Made by a program: the position numbers and the translations under genes. 33,773 nt of DNA from Lophium mytilinum (lineage: Eukaryota), in assembly GCA_010093605.1 (NCBI GenBank), contig MU004192.1:1351299-1385071 (forward strand), in the 5' to 3' direction. Positions 1-12,800 of this stretch are shown here, piece after piece. Below the pieces are notes generated by a model, which worked only from the letters and a program-made list of their open reading frames with translations, was not told where the DNA came from and ran no database searches. Position 1 is the first letter of the stretch; every line of letters starts with the position of its first letter.

Positions 1-1015
1 AGGTTATCTCTACTATATATAGTATATAGCGCTTTAAAGTAGTCTATATAGCTATTAATATAGATAGTAATAGTAAGGTCTACTAGTCTATTCTAGTAGA
101 CTACTATCTACTCTATTATAGTAGTAGGGTTATAGTAACTTAGGCTATTAAGCTATTAGTAATATAGTAAGAAAGAGTATAGTAAGGCTTATGCGCAAGA
201 GTAAGATTAGAGTTAGGTTTTACTTACTAGCCTACTTAGTTATTAGCAGAGGAGGTAAAGGTCTTCGCTAGCTATAATATAACGCGCGCCTACTAGGTAA
301 AGTAGGTTTATAGCCTTAGCTTAGGTAATAGATAATACTATATAGCCTAAGGAGTTAAATAGTTAAGGTAGACTTTATACTATTATAAGAGGGCGATAAT
401 CTCTAATTATAATTAATTATATTAAGCGTTAGAGGCAATAGAGTAGAAGCTGCGGGCGATACTAGACTCTATAAAGGGCAGTCTTCTAGCGTTAGGGCCT
501 AAAGATAAAGAATAATATATGCTACTTTAGAATTAGAGAAAGAATTTAGGTCTATTAGACGGGGTAGTAGGTCTACTAATAGAATGCCTCTTAATATTAT
601 TAGAGATATAGCCTCTAATATTAGCTACCCTAGGTATTACTTTAAACAGTTTATAGGGCGTAAATCTTAACTAGTATAACTAACTTATATATACCTGCGC
701 GGTGTTTAAATAAGCAGTAGCCCTGCTTAATAAGAAGGGGTATAATAGAATTAAGACGGGTAAGATAATATAAGTAGCGGGCTAACTCTAATTATAAAAG
801 GAAGATATATATAATCTCTAATTATAATTAATAATCTATAAAAGAGAAGGGTTAAGCGCATAGATAGTAAGAAAAATTAAATTACTAGTAATTAACTTAT
901 ACATTAATATTTTTAAAACTCTATTATACCTTATACTTAAATATAGACGCTATTATAGAATAAACTACTATATTTAGGGGTCTAGACTAACTATATATAC
1001 CGCCTACTATATAAC

Positions 1016-2147
1016 TTAAGTATGCTTAAGAGGAGCCTTCTACCCGCTATCCTCTATCTCTATATTATCTACCTCCGTCTCTACTTTAGTATTATCTACC
1101 TTGCCTACCTCTATCTCTATATCCTTCTTCTCTATATTATCTGCATTAGGCTTAAATTCTAACTTAAATACTTTACTTATCTCTAAATTAGTTTTATAGT
1201 TAGTAAGTTTTATTATATATAGATTAACTAAGTGCTAAAAGTCCTCTAGATTAAAAGGCTTTAGTAGGTTATAGTCTAACTATTATTTATAGTTAATAAT
1301 ATATTATATATAGATATTACTTAAGAGGTTTTAAAGTATTATTAACTAGTTAGCTATATTTAGTTAGAGCGGGTCCGGACTAGTATACTTATCTATAAGG
1401 CCAGCGGATCCGCAATCTATATATATTATAGTAGAAGATAATAGTTATAGGCTAAAGTATTTATTAGTATTTAGGTCTATATAGTAGACGCAACTATATA
1501 TATAGAAGAATTTTAGAAGGGTAAAGATTAGTATTTTACCTAGTAACGCGTATATATAAGTATTATAGATAATAGAGTCTTAATAGTATTACCTAAATAG
1601 CTAGAAAAGGGATATTATATTAGCAGGTATCTATAGAAGAGGGGGTGCTTACTTACCTCTTTAAGTAGGCTAATGCTCGCCAACTCTTCTAGATAATTTA
1701 TCTTAGTATTATATCTTATAGTATAGAGCTATAAGAGGATTATATTCTAACTATATATAGATAGGTGCAGCTTTAATTAATAAAACGCTTATTCTATTAG
1801 CTTAGTATTATTAGCTAGAATATTATATAGCTTACGGGTATTAGTTTAATAGAGCTAAAATATAGAGTATTATTACTAATATACTTAAAGTTATAGAGGT
1901 AGAAGATATCCCCCTCTTTAGATATATACGCTCTAGTAAAGGCGGAGGGTATTTTATAGTTCTAACCTAGTTTAGAGAGAGGTTTATTTGCGTCTAACTA
2001 GACTAGAATAGGTAAGTATAGTTTAAGTATATTAAGGTCTATACCTTACACCTCTATCTTATAGTATTAACCTACTAGAAAGTAGTTTATAACTTAACTA
2101 TAGCCTAGAACCTCTAGTATAGATAATATACTTACTATAGGCGCTAT
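1016..2147 (-). pseudogene. Spliced hypothetical gene downstream of the transposase, with an acidic C-terminal tail, copy 1
   Basis: Counterpart of 11380..12511. It has a GTAAGT donor and a CTAAT/TAG acceptor near 1595..1656. Confidence 0.55.
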
Positions 2148-2436
2148 TTAGGGTTAATCGCTATAAAGTATTAAGAAAAGAAAGTAATTAGAGGGTAGTA
2201 AGTTTAAGTAGCCGGTAAATTTAATTAGGCGGCCGTTATTAGTAAAGGGAAATAGGTAAAGATAGCAATATATAATTTTAAAAAGTAAAGTAAGGCAGCG
2301 CTAGCGGGGTATACTAGTATTACCTAGTTTTATAGAAATTATATAGAAAAGTATATAGTTATTATCTTATATTAATTAGCCTTAGAGGTTAATAAAGCTA
2401 AATAATGCTTAATTATCTCTTAATAGTAGGAAAAAA

Positions 2437-5400
2437 TTAAAAATATCTTTCCTTACGGCCTTATTTCTACCTACGCTATTACTTACTAGTACTATAGCCC
2501 CTCTTTACTATACTACTTCTTAGTGTTTACCAGCTTAGTTATAGAAGAGAGGCGTTAGTAAGTACTCTTATTCTTGCGCGCTTTACTAAAAACTCCGCTG
2601 CGTCTTTAACTTTTAGGGCAGCTTTAATCTCTTTAGCGTAACTACTAAGCTAGTACTATTTTATTACCTCTTATACCTCTATCTTCTAGTCTTCTATATA
2701 GAGTATATTATATTAATTCTAGTTAATATAGTTATTAATAAAAAAATAGGTAGAGTCTAGGCTAAAGGTAGCTAGTATAATATATACACTTTAGAGGACT
2801 TATAGTAGTAGATAGAATTAATATACTTCTAGCTTTTATTAGCGGCGGCTATTATTAAAAGCCTAAGAAGCTACCTCTACTAGGCTATAGACATAATATA
2901 GCTTCCTATTATTAATTAGCGCTAGAAGGTAAATAAAAACTCTAGAGTATACCGCCTATAGAGTATTTTTACTCTTTAGAATAGAGTCTATAATAGTTAC
3001 TATAAATTATAGCTATTCTACTAACCTTCTATTAGTAATACTAACGCGCGTCTTTCTATTTTTAGTATAGTCTAAGCTATACTCTTACATCTATAGATAG
3101 TTGCGTTACTATTCTTAGTTCTACTACTTAGGGTTGCACTATAGATTTTCTTTTATAAGGCTTTCTAGGTTCTTACTAGCATCTAATTGCTTCTAATATA
3201 AAATACTAGCATAGAACTTAAGCTAGAGGTAGCTAACCTAGAATAGATTAGGGTCTAATATATCTAGGCTACTAGGCTTAATATATTAGCCTTAGATCTT
3301 GCGCCTCTCTTCTTAAATAAATATAGCGGCGGCAGCTATAAAGTCTAGCTTCTAGCTTATATTAGCTATATACTTAATACTTACTTTTAAATAGTACACT
3401 ATTTAGCCTTTATAGAAATTATTATATCTAGGCCATTTAAAGTTTAAGATATTAATACTTCCTAATACTATTATCTATCGCATTAGCATATCTCTTATTA
3501 CTGCTAGTTAAGAATAGTAATATTAGTAGTTTAGTATATTATTTATAGCCTAGTTATTTATAAGTCTCTAGTTTAATTAGCAAATCTAGGGTAGAAAGTT
3601 CTTATAGTTTATTAACTAATACTATAATTTAACTAGGTGTTAGTATTTTACTTTACTATTTAAGCCAGTATTATAGCTATTAATGGCGCCAAATTTCTAT
3701 ATAAAATTAATATAGTGCTACATAACATAGAATTTTAGGTAGTAGAAGGCGTAGTTTCTATTCTTATTCCTAGGTCTAAATATTCTAAATTCTAACTTAT
3801 ATATATTAATTTAAGCTATCACCAGCTCTATATACTCTAGCGTAGCCTTATTATATATCTTATACTACGCTAGAATAGTAAAATTAAGTATTACATAGAT
3901 AAACCAGAGCGCGTTTAGCGCCTTTACTTCTAGTAGCGGTGCTACTACTACTATAAGCTAGCAGGCTATAGACTTTTATTTAGAGCTAGTATACTATAAA
4001 AGTTTACTAAAATTCTTCTTATTAAATATAGATAGACCCAGGAAAGGCGGCATATTCTTAAATTACTTATCTAGCTAGATTAAGCCGCTCTTATTTTCTA
4101 TTAGAACACGGGCATCTTTTCTTCTAATTGCTAGGGTGCAGACCTCCACTACTAGTAGCTAGACCCATTTAATAAGATTATAAATAACACCCATAAATAG
4201 TTAGTATAGAATATCTATTATTATTATCTAGTAGATATTAGTATAGGGGTGTTTCTAGATAAAGTTATTTATAGAATATATATATAACTCTATATTAAGC
4301 TCTATAGCCTCTATATTACACAGCACTTTATTTAATAGAAGTTTTAAACGCTCTTTATTATTGCGTTACTATTTAATCTAAATAATAGTTAAGCAGTAAG
4401 ACCTTATAGTATATTTAGTCTCTAGGTCTTTATATTAATACAATAGTACCTAGCATATAGTATAGTATTTTCTAAATTTAATACCTATAAGTAGGCTCTA
4501 TTCTTTATAATTAGCTATAATCCCACATAATACTAGATAGCACCTTTAATTCTTACTATCCCCGCATTCTAGTATAATTCTATTAGTAGTATATTCTATA
4601 ATAGCTTATTTTATATTAGAAAACTACTTAGTATTAGTAAGAATTTTACTAATACCTAAGAATATAGCCTAAAGAGCTGCAGTATAGCTAATACTTTAGG
4701 TAGTTTCTTTTATCTACCGTGCTTAGTATAAAGCCTAGCAGTAGAGTGCTAGGTAATATATTTAAGCGCCGCGTAGTTCTATCTAGGTTACTAATAGTTA
4801 GATAGACTAGCTATACGCTCTTATTACTATAATATTAGGTAAGCTATATCTTATCTATAGAGAGTAAAATAGGTATTACTATAGCCCCTACTAGAAGCTT
4901 TAACTAAGTCTACTACTACTAGTCTAATATATATAACTTAGTATATACCTACCGGCCTTCTATATTATAGACTTAAACTAGTATAAATATAAGGTAATTA
5001 TAAAAAGGGCGGTGTCTAATTAGAAATAATATAGCTGCTATTATATTAAAGTAGTATACTAGATGCTACTCTCTACTTAAGCTTTATTTTTTACTTAGAA
5101 AATATAGTATCTCTACTATATAGTTAGTATTACTAATACTATATCTAATTTCCTCTAGTTTACTATTCTATAAATCGCCTAATATAAATATAAGGGAGTT
5201 AGAGAATATACTCTTAAGGTAGATATTATTAAATAGCAGGTTAATATTATTCTTAGTGCAGCTAATCTACTAAAGCTATAATATAAAAGTATAGTTAAAC
5301 GCTAATTAGAATAGATAGAAGGGGAATTAGTCCCTATAATAGAGTAACTAGTTAGTAAGCTTTAATACCGCCTTTATAGGTAGGGGGGACGGCGGTCCCT

Positions 5401-5930
5401 AATAATACTTACGTCTACTATCTAGTATTAGCCTGTCTAATAGACGCCCCTGCGGGTATATCTAATTTAGTAGAGGGATATACTTCTTCTTATAGTAATA
5501 ATATAGATAATATTATTAGTTAGCCTTATTAGTATAGAATATAGAATTTAGTAGCCTCTAGCGGGTTATTATATATTAAGCTTATAGGGCCTCTATTTAT
5601 AAAAGGCGGACTCTAGTACTCTTCTAGTTTACTAGAGATATATAGCTCTATTCTATTTATCTTATACTTTATCTTATTATAGGGGTTAGCCGGTAGAAGT
5701 AGACTTATTAGTAGTAATCTAGGCATTCTAAATAATATTCTATCTATTATCTAAATAATATAGAGCATGCAAGACTAGATTATAGATCTAGTAGTTCTAG
5801 TATTAGTAAGCGGGACCCGCTATAGTATCTTAAGGAGCTTTTTATAGCATAGTATATATTTATTTAAGGCGCTAAGTATTTAAAATAACTTATAGTAGTA
5901 TCTATATTTAGTAGAAGGTATATACTCTAT
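2437..5930 (-). pseudogene. Plavaka-family transposase (RIP pseudogene), copy 1
   Basis: De-RIP translation gives PFxPFxSAFDYAF, FLIGHRPF, VYTELxxxDWWWxTQxKLPAGATVxPILLSADKTQLT (4841..4924), GDKSAWPVYLTIGNLDxxTRR, WKHPYTNIxxxxxxDILHQLFMGV (core at 4198..4215) and a C-terminal SAHIxP...FFINNYIDWDQYNTLY. There is a frame-preserving intron at 5334..5412 (GTAAGT...CTAAC...TAG). Confidence 0.92.
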
Positions 5931-5969
5931 TTCTAGTTAAATTTAGTTAGCTCTATATAGAAACTTATA

Positions 5970-6518
5970 GATTATAAGTAATTATTATAGATTATATTAG
6001 ATTATAGGCTAGTATATAGTACTTATTATTTTTTAATAGCACGCAACGCATTCTAATAGGGGGCGGGCTATTCTATTAGCCTAGAACCTTAACGCATCTA
6101 CGCGTTAAAGACTATAGCTTACTTTCTTAAACTATAACTCTAAAGCCTATATATAATTATTTCTATTATTTCTATATTCTTTATAGCTAGTATAAACCTT
6201 TATAGTAGGCGTAGTTTTAAGCATATACTAGTAGTTATATCTAGTTTCCCTAGTCCTAATAGTATAGTATGTATTAAAAGTAAGTATTACCTCTTACTAA
6301 TTTCTAGTATCTAACTTCCTGCCGCAGTTACTAGCTACGGTAAAGAACTCTTAACTTTAGGCAAGTACTATCTAGGTAATATAGAAGAAGATACTAAGTC
6401 TAAGCGTATTACTCTCTTCTATAAGGTAAGCGCTAGGCGGTAATATATTACTAGTCTAGTAGAATAGAGTTAATAGGTATCTACTAAGAGTACCGGCGTT
6501 TATTAGGAAAACCTAAAA
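5970..6518 (-). pseudogene. Probable exon(s) upstream of the Plavaka ORF (a separate gene or a 5' spliced leader)
   Basis: A branch/acceptor CTAACTTTTGCAG lies at about 6519..6531, followed by a frame that de-RIPs plausibly (F(Q)VFLxNAGTLxRC...). A second GCTAAC...CTAG acceptor sits just before the Plavaka start. Confidence 0.4.
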
Positions 6519-7924
6519 CTGCAAAAGTTAGGGCTATTAGTACTTAGTAGCAAATAGTATAAACTTCCGGCAAACCACGTAAATTACGCAATATCTACGT
6601 AAACTACTAGCGCAGGTAATATTACTGCGTAGACTAGTAGTAGTTTACCTATATACTATATAGCCTAATAATACTTAATTATTATCTATTATTTTAAACT
6701 ATTAATAATTTAGTTCTATAGTGTCTTTTATCTAATTAGCCTTAGCGGTGCTAGAGCTAATATATATATGCCCTATATATAATGCCGCCCACATTCTGCT
6801 ATAAAATAATTCTATTTACTACTCTTCCCTCTCTATAGTAGTGCAAGGCGGGGGTAGAAGTAAGTAGGGATAGTAAGTACTTAGGCTAGGACGTCTAATC
6901 TTTATCCTATAAATAGTTAGTACGGTAAAGTTAGGGCTGTAGTAGTTAAAAAGTGGATTTAATAGATGTATAGAGGATAGGTGGAAAAGATATAATCTAT
7001 CTATTCTATAATTTAGCGCTAGGTCTAGCTTATAAATTATAATTAGGATGCTTAATATATTCTTAGGTAGACTCTTACTATATTACTACTAAGACCTATT
7101 ATTTAAGAGTTAGGCCGTAGTGTATAACTATCTATAAATAATAAAAAGTATATAACTATTCTACTACTAATATAAGCTCTAGTAGTAGTCTCTTGCATTT
7201 ATATTACAGGATAGCCTCTAGTATTATAGCTATAACGCCACCGCCTCTATAGCCCCTTCTTCCTATTTACTTCTTCTACGTCTCTTATTTCCCTCTATAT
7301 TAGCACGCTTTACTCCTTCTACCTATATTTTAGGTTGCTACTCCTCTATTTATAGTCTCTCCTATTATACTTCTAACCTTAAGAGTTAGGATACTATTAT
7401 TTTACAACCTAGCCTATAGTATACTTATGCGCTAGAAGGTAATAAGAATATATACTCTCTATCTAGCGGGGCAGTTACAGGACCTAAAATATACTTAAAG
7501 AAATAGGCTAGAGTCTCTTTTAAAATGTAAGAATATAGAGGGCATGCTATAATAATTATAGATAATCTTATATAATTCTAGATAATCTTACATAGTGCTA
7601 TAAGAAGAGTTAGAGATATTAAAGTAGGGGTAGCTTTATTTTCCCTCTCTCTACCGCGTTATTATATAGTAGATAGTTATCTATTACTAGCGCATATAAG
7701 GGCTAGGTTATCCCTATAATACTAGATTAAAGTGTATCTAGCGCTAGTAATAGAGTATATATTCTATCCGCCCGCTTATTTTCTAAGGAAAGTAGGGCTA
7801 GAGAAGTAGTAGTTAGGGTAGAGTTAAAAGCTAGTAGGGAATACAGATATATAGTTATATATAGTAGTTAGAAAGATTAAGAGCTATACATATAAAAGAT
7901 TATACTAGAACTAAGGCGCTATTA

Positions 7925-8057
7925 TATAGAGTAGAGCGGGAGGGATAGAGAAACTTAGTAGAAAAAAAATTCTATAGAGTAGAGCGGGAGGGATAGAGAA
8001 ACCTAGTAGATAAAAAAGCTTATAGAGTAGAGCGGGAGGGATAGAGAAGCTTAGTAG
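7925..8057. repeat. 48-bp tandem repeat, about 2.8 units (tatagagtagagcgggagggatagagaa...)
   Basis: Units start at 7925, 7973 and 8021. Confidence 0.95.
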
Positions 8058-8825
8058 GTAATATAAGCTAGCAATACTAGAGTATATTACCTTTATCTAA
8101 TGCAGCTCTATAGAACTATACTAGTCTAACTACTAACCTAGATATTAGTGCGCTATTAGCTTTCTATTATAGTAGATACTATTAGTAAGCTATACCTGTG
8201 CACTGCCTCTTATTCTCTATATTCTAGCTTCTTAGATAAGTTTCTACTAGCTTTAGCCCCTACTATAATTTATTAGTGTACGCAATTTTAACACCTACTA
8301 TATTCTAAATAGTTAGCCTTAAGTTAATCTCTACTATAACTCTTCTACCTTTTTAACTCTTGCCACCTCCTACTACTCTATAGTATAGAGAAAGAGATGC
8401 GGGGTAGGCTTTTATACCCGTAAAATAGAGGAGAACAGTTCTATTATATATGCGGGCAGGCGCTAGAAATTTAAGGCTTAGGCGCACGTGTTTTAACTAA
8501 CAGTTGCTATATACTTTTCCCTTAAGTGCACTATTAGAATCTTATATAAGTGCGTCTTTATAGTAGTATACTATTATTACTAATAGTTATTCTTAATTAG
8601 CCTTAGGTTTAATCCCTTATATTATAGCTTAATACACTAGGTATTATAACTATAGAACATCTCTAAACGGGTATTACAAGACTAGTAGTGTTTTTAAGCG
8701 CGTGCAGTTTAGGGGGTTTATATTAGAAGTAGGTAGATAAGCAGTTTCTAAGTTAGAGCTTAGGGCGGAGGTAGACTTTAAGACATAAGGTATATATATA
8801 TACTGCGCATCTATTAAAAGTTAAC

Positions 8826-10560
8826 TTAGCAGCGGCGCAAGAGTATAGAAGGCATATAGAAAGTATATATAGGTAGACTTATATAGTTCTATTTAAGGCC
8901 GCTTTCTACCTATGCATGCGCTAGAAAATTAGTAATTTCTTAAGAAGGTACTTACTATACTAAGTGCACACGCCTTCTATATCTACTTTTAGGCGTCTCT
9001 TAGATAATATTAGGGGAGTAGAAGATAGTAGGGTTAGTATTCTTCTCTTTATCTCTTACTATATAAGTACGCATAATTTCTAAGGCCTTCTTAACGCTAG
9101 TCTAAGCTGTAATTAGGCCTATTTTAGCCTTATATAAGGCCGCCTCTACCGCCTTTAAGCTATCTAGGTCTTCTATAGATAATACCTCCTCTATAGTATT
9201 TTCTTTATTCTAGTTAACTTTCTCTACCTAGTTCTTTCTATTATTAAAGTAGTATATATCTAATTTATCTTTATCTCCCGTAAGGTCTATAGGCTCTAGT
9301 TTATTAGGTAGCACTTTATATTTATTTTTTAAGGTTGCACCTTAAGTCTCTTATTCTAATACTGCTATTCCTAAGTTCTTCTCTTTAGCCTTAGCTATTA
9401 CTAAGGTCTCCGGCGATAATAGCGCCTCTTATACACCTCTAGTCTTCTAGTATATTAAGATCTACGGCTTGTCTATAAAGATGTGGGTCTCTAGTAATAA
9501 TAGCGCCGCTTGCACGCTTCCGGTCTTCTAGAATATTAAGATCTGCAGCTTAACTGCAAGGATGTGCTTAGTATAAATTTAGACTTCTAGTTAGAGGTTG
9601 CAGTTATTTTTCTTCTCTTTCTCCCTATATGTAGCTGCATAGCAGCTAATAGCCTTACTTAAGGTAGTATAATTTAAGTAGAATAATATTAGGTTTATAA
9701 GGCTAACTTTAAATATAGAACTATCTTTAGAGTTAATAAAGTAGGCATGCATTAGTAAGAGGACTAAATATAGGTTAGTAAATATGCGATCTTCTTATAT
9801 ATAGCAGCGGCGTATATTTTAGGTCTTAGTAGTAGTAGAAGGTCTTTCTAACATCTATATTAATAATTATAGATTAGAATATACTTAGTAGGGTAGGTAT
9901 TAAAGTGTAGCTTATATATGCAATTAGTGCTGCGCTGCTAGTAATATTAAGCGTATTTATAGATATATTAACTTAGAGTCTATAGCCCTTATGCAGCTAT
10001 ACTACTATACCTTCTTTACCTCTAAAGTATTTAAAGCCGCTCTTATCCGGGACCGCGGGTACTATAAGCTTCTTATACTGGTAAATAGTTAGTAAACGCA
10101 GGTAGAGAAGTAGTAGATAGACTTATATAGGCCTAATTCTTAATAAAGAAGCTCTTAGAGCCCTCCCTATAGGCCTTCTTTACTACCTCTAGTATAGTCT
10201 TTATCTCTAGCTTATTAGACTGGCCGCCTTTTACATTACCTAATTCTTAACTTAGGACTAGGTATAGTAAATACTTATATATAGACTAGATAAGTGCGTT
10301 GTATTTAACCTTAAAGTTAGTAATATCTTTCTAAGGGCGCTAGGGGAATATAGTAGCTTTCTTTAGGTTGTCTCCGCTATATATAGTATATAGCGCTTTA
10401 AAGTAGTCTATATAGCTATTAATATAGATAGTAATAGTAAGGTCCGCCGGTCTATTCTAGTAGACTACTATCTACTCTATTATAGTAGCGGGGTTATAGT
10501 AACTTAGGCTATTAAGCTATTAATAATATAGTAAGAAAGAGTATAGTAAGGCTTATACGC
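8826..10560 (-). pseudogene. Multi-exon hypothetical gene with a long S/T/E/P-rich tail and a PIDLT motif (5' end approximate)
   Basis: Long de-RIPable frames are separated by introns with RIP-mutated donors (ATAAGT...CTAAC...CCAG at about 10078..10126). The IDLT codons are at 9279..9290. The frame is continuous across position 10364. Confidence 0.6.
9405..9566 (-). repeat. 81-bp (27-codon) intragenic tandem duplication, 2 units
   Basis: ggtctc...gatgtg units start at 9405 and 9486. They differ by transversions as well as transitions, so this duplication is older than the unit-scale one. Confidence 0.9.
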
Positions 10561-11379
10561 AAGAGTAAGGTTAGAGTTAGGTTTTACTTGCCGGCCTGCT
10601 TAATTATTAGTAGAGAAGGTAAAGGTCTTTACTAGCTATAATATAACGCGCGTCTGCCGGGTAAAGCGGGTTTATAGCCTTAGCTTAGGTAATAGATAAT
10701 ACTGCGTGGCTTAAGGAGTTAGATAGTTAAGGTAGACTTTATACTATTATAAGAGGGCGATAATCTCTAATTATAATTAATTGTATTAAGCGTTAGAGGT
10801 AATAGAGTAGAAGCCGCGGGCAACACCGGGCTCTATAAAGGGCGGTCTTCTAGCGTTAGGGCCTAAAGGTAAAGAATAATATATACTACTTTAGAATTAG
10901 AGAAAGAATTTAGGTCTATTAGACGGGGTGGTAGGTCTACTAATAGAATGCCTCTTAATATTATTAGAAATGTAGCCCCTAATATTAGCCACCCTAGGTA
11001 TTACTTTAAATAGTTTATAGGGCGTAAATCTTAACTAGTACAACTAACTTATATATACCTGCGCGGTATTTAAATAAGTAGTAGCTCTACTTAATAAGGA
11101 GGGGTGTAATAGAATTAAGACGGGTAAGGTAATATAAGTAGCGGGCTAACTCTAATTATAAAAGGGAGATATATATAATCTCTAATTATAATTAATAATC
11201 TATAAAAGAGAAGGGTTAAGCGCATAGATAGTAAGAAAAATTAAATTGCTAGTAATTAACTTATATATTAACATTTTTAAAACCCTATTATACTTTATAC
11301 TTAAATATAGATGCTATTATAGAATAAACTACTATATTTAGGGGTCTAGACTAACTATATATACCGCCTACTATATAAC

Positions 11380-12511
11380 TTAAGTATACTTAAAAGGAGC
11401 CTTCTGCCCGCTATCCTCTATCTCTATATTATCTACCTCTATCTCTACTTTAGTATTACCTACCTCGCCTACCTCTATCTCTATGTCCTCCTTCTCTATG
11501 TTATCTGCATTAGGCTTAAATTCTAACTTAAATACTTTACTTATCTCTAAATTAGTTCTATAGTTAGTAAGTTCCATTATATATAGATTAACTAAGTGCT
11601 AAAAGTCCTCTAGATTAAAAGGCTTTAGTAGGTTACAGTCTAACTATTATTTATAGTTAATAATATATTGCATATAGATATTGCTTAAGAGGTTTTAAAG
11701 TATTATTAACTAGTTAGCTATATTTAGTTAGAGCGGGTCTAGACTAGTATACTTATCTATAAGGCTAGCGGATCCGCAATCTATATATATTGTGGCAGAA
11801 GATAATAGTTATAGGCTAAAGTATTTATTAGTATTTAGGTCTATATAGTAGACGCGACTATATATATAGAAGAATTTTAGAAGGGTAAAGGTTAGCGTCT
11901 TACCTAGTAACGCGTATATATAAGCATTATAGATAATAGAGTCTTAATAGTATTACCTAAACAGCTAGAAAAGGGATATTATATTAGCGGGTATCTATAG
12001 AAGAGGGGGTACTTACTTACCTCTTTAAGTAGGCTAATGCTTGCTAACTCTTCTAGATAATTTATCTTAGTATTATATTTTATAGCGTAGGGCTATAAGA
12101 GAATTACATTCTAACCGCGTATAGATGGGTGCAGCTTTAATTAATAAAACACTTATTCTATTAGCTTAGTATTATTAGCTAGGACGTTATATAGCTTGCG
12201 GGTGTTAGTTTAATAGGGCTAAAATGCGGAGTATTATTACTAATATACTTAAAGTTATAGAGGTAGAAGATATTCCCCTCTTTAGACGTGTACGCTCTAG
12301 TAAAGGTAGAGGGTATCTTATAGTTCCGACCTAGTTTAAAGAGAGGTTTATCCGCGTCTAACTAGACTAGAATAGGTAAGTATAGTTTAAGTATATTAAG
12401 GTCTATACCTTGCACCTCTATCTTATAGTATTAACCCACTAGAAAGCGGTTTATAACTTAACTATAGCCTAGAACCTCTAGTATAGATAATATACTTACT
12501 ATAGGCGCTAT
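11380..12511 (-). pseudogene. Spliced hypothetical gene with a D/E-rich C-terminus, copy 2
   Basis: The frame starts at ATA(ATG)-GCG-CCT at 12511, has a GTAAGT...GCTAAT...CTAG intron near 11965..12020, and runs into the supplied ORF 11380..11577. The K/N/I residues of that ORF de-RIP to E/D/M. No family was recognised. Confidence 0.6.
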
Positions 12512-12800
12512 TTAGGGTTAATTACTATAAAGTATTAAGGAAAGAAAGTAATTAGAGGGTAGTAAGTTTAAGTAGCCGGTAAATTTAATTAGGTGGCTGT
12601 TATTAGTAAAGGGAAATAGGTAAAGGTGGCGATATGCGATTTTAAAAAGTAAAGTAAGGCAGCGCTAGCAGGGTATACTGGCGTTACCTAGTATTATAGA
12701 AATTATATAGAAAAGTACGTAGTTATTATCTTGCGTTAATTAGCCTTAGAGGTTAATAAAGCTAAATAATGCTTAATTATCTCTTAATAGTAGGGAAAAA

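Larger units (their letters stand above)
1..6500. repeat. Direct repeat copy U1 (partner 10365..16864; truncated by the window start)
   Basis: The offset is a constant 10,364 at 1/10365, 4841/15205 and 6481/16845. Only transition differences were seen. Homology ends after ...ggcgtt (6500/16864). Confidence 0.98.

Noticed and set aside
7925..8057. CRISPR-like array (constant core with variable spacer)
   Set aside because: The context is eukaryotic RIPed DNA, there are only three units, the spacers are short and related to each other, and there are no cas genes.
6501..10364. Separate element inserted between the two U copies
   Set aside because: Reading frames and splice signals run across both 6500 and 10364. 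The 10365 boundary only reflects the window start.
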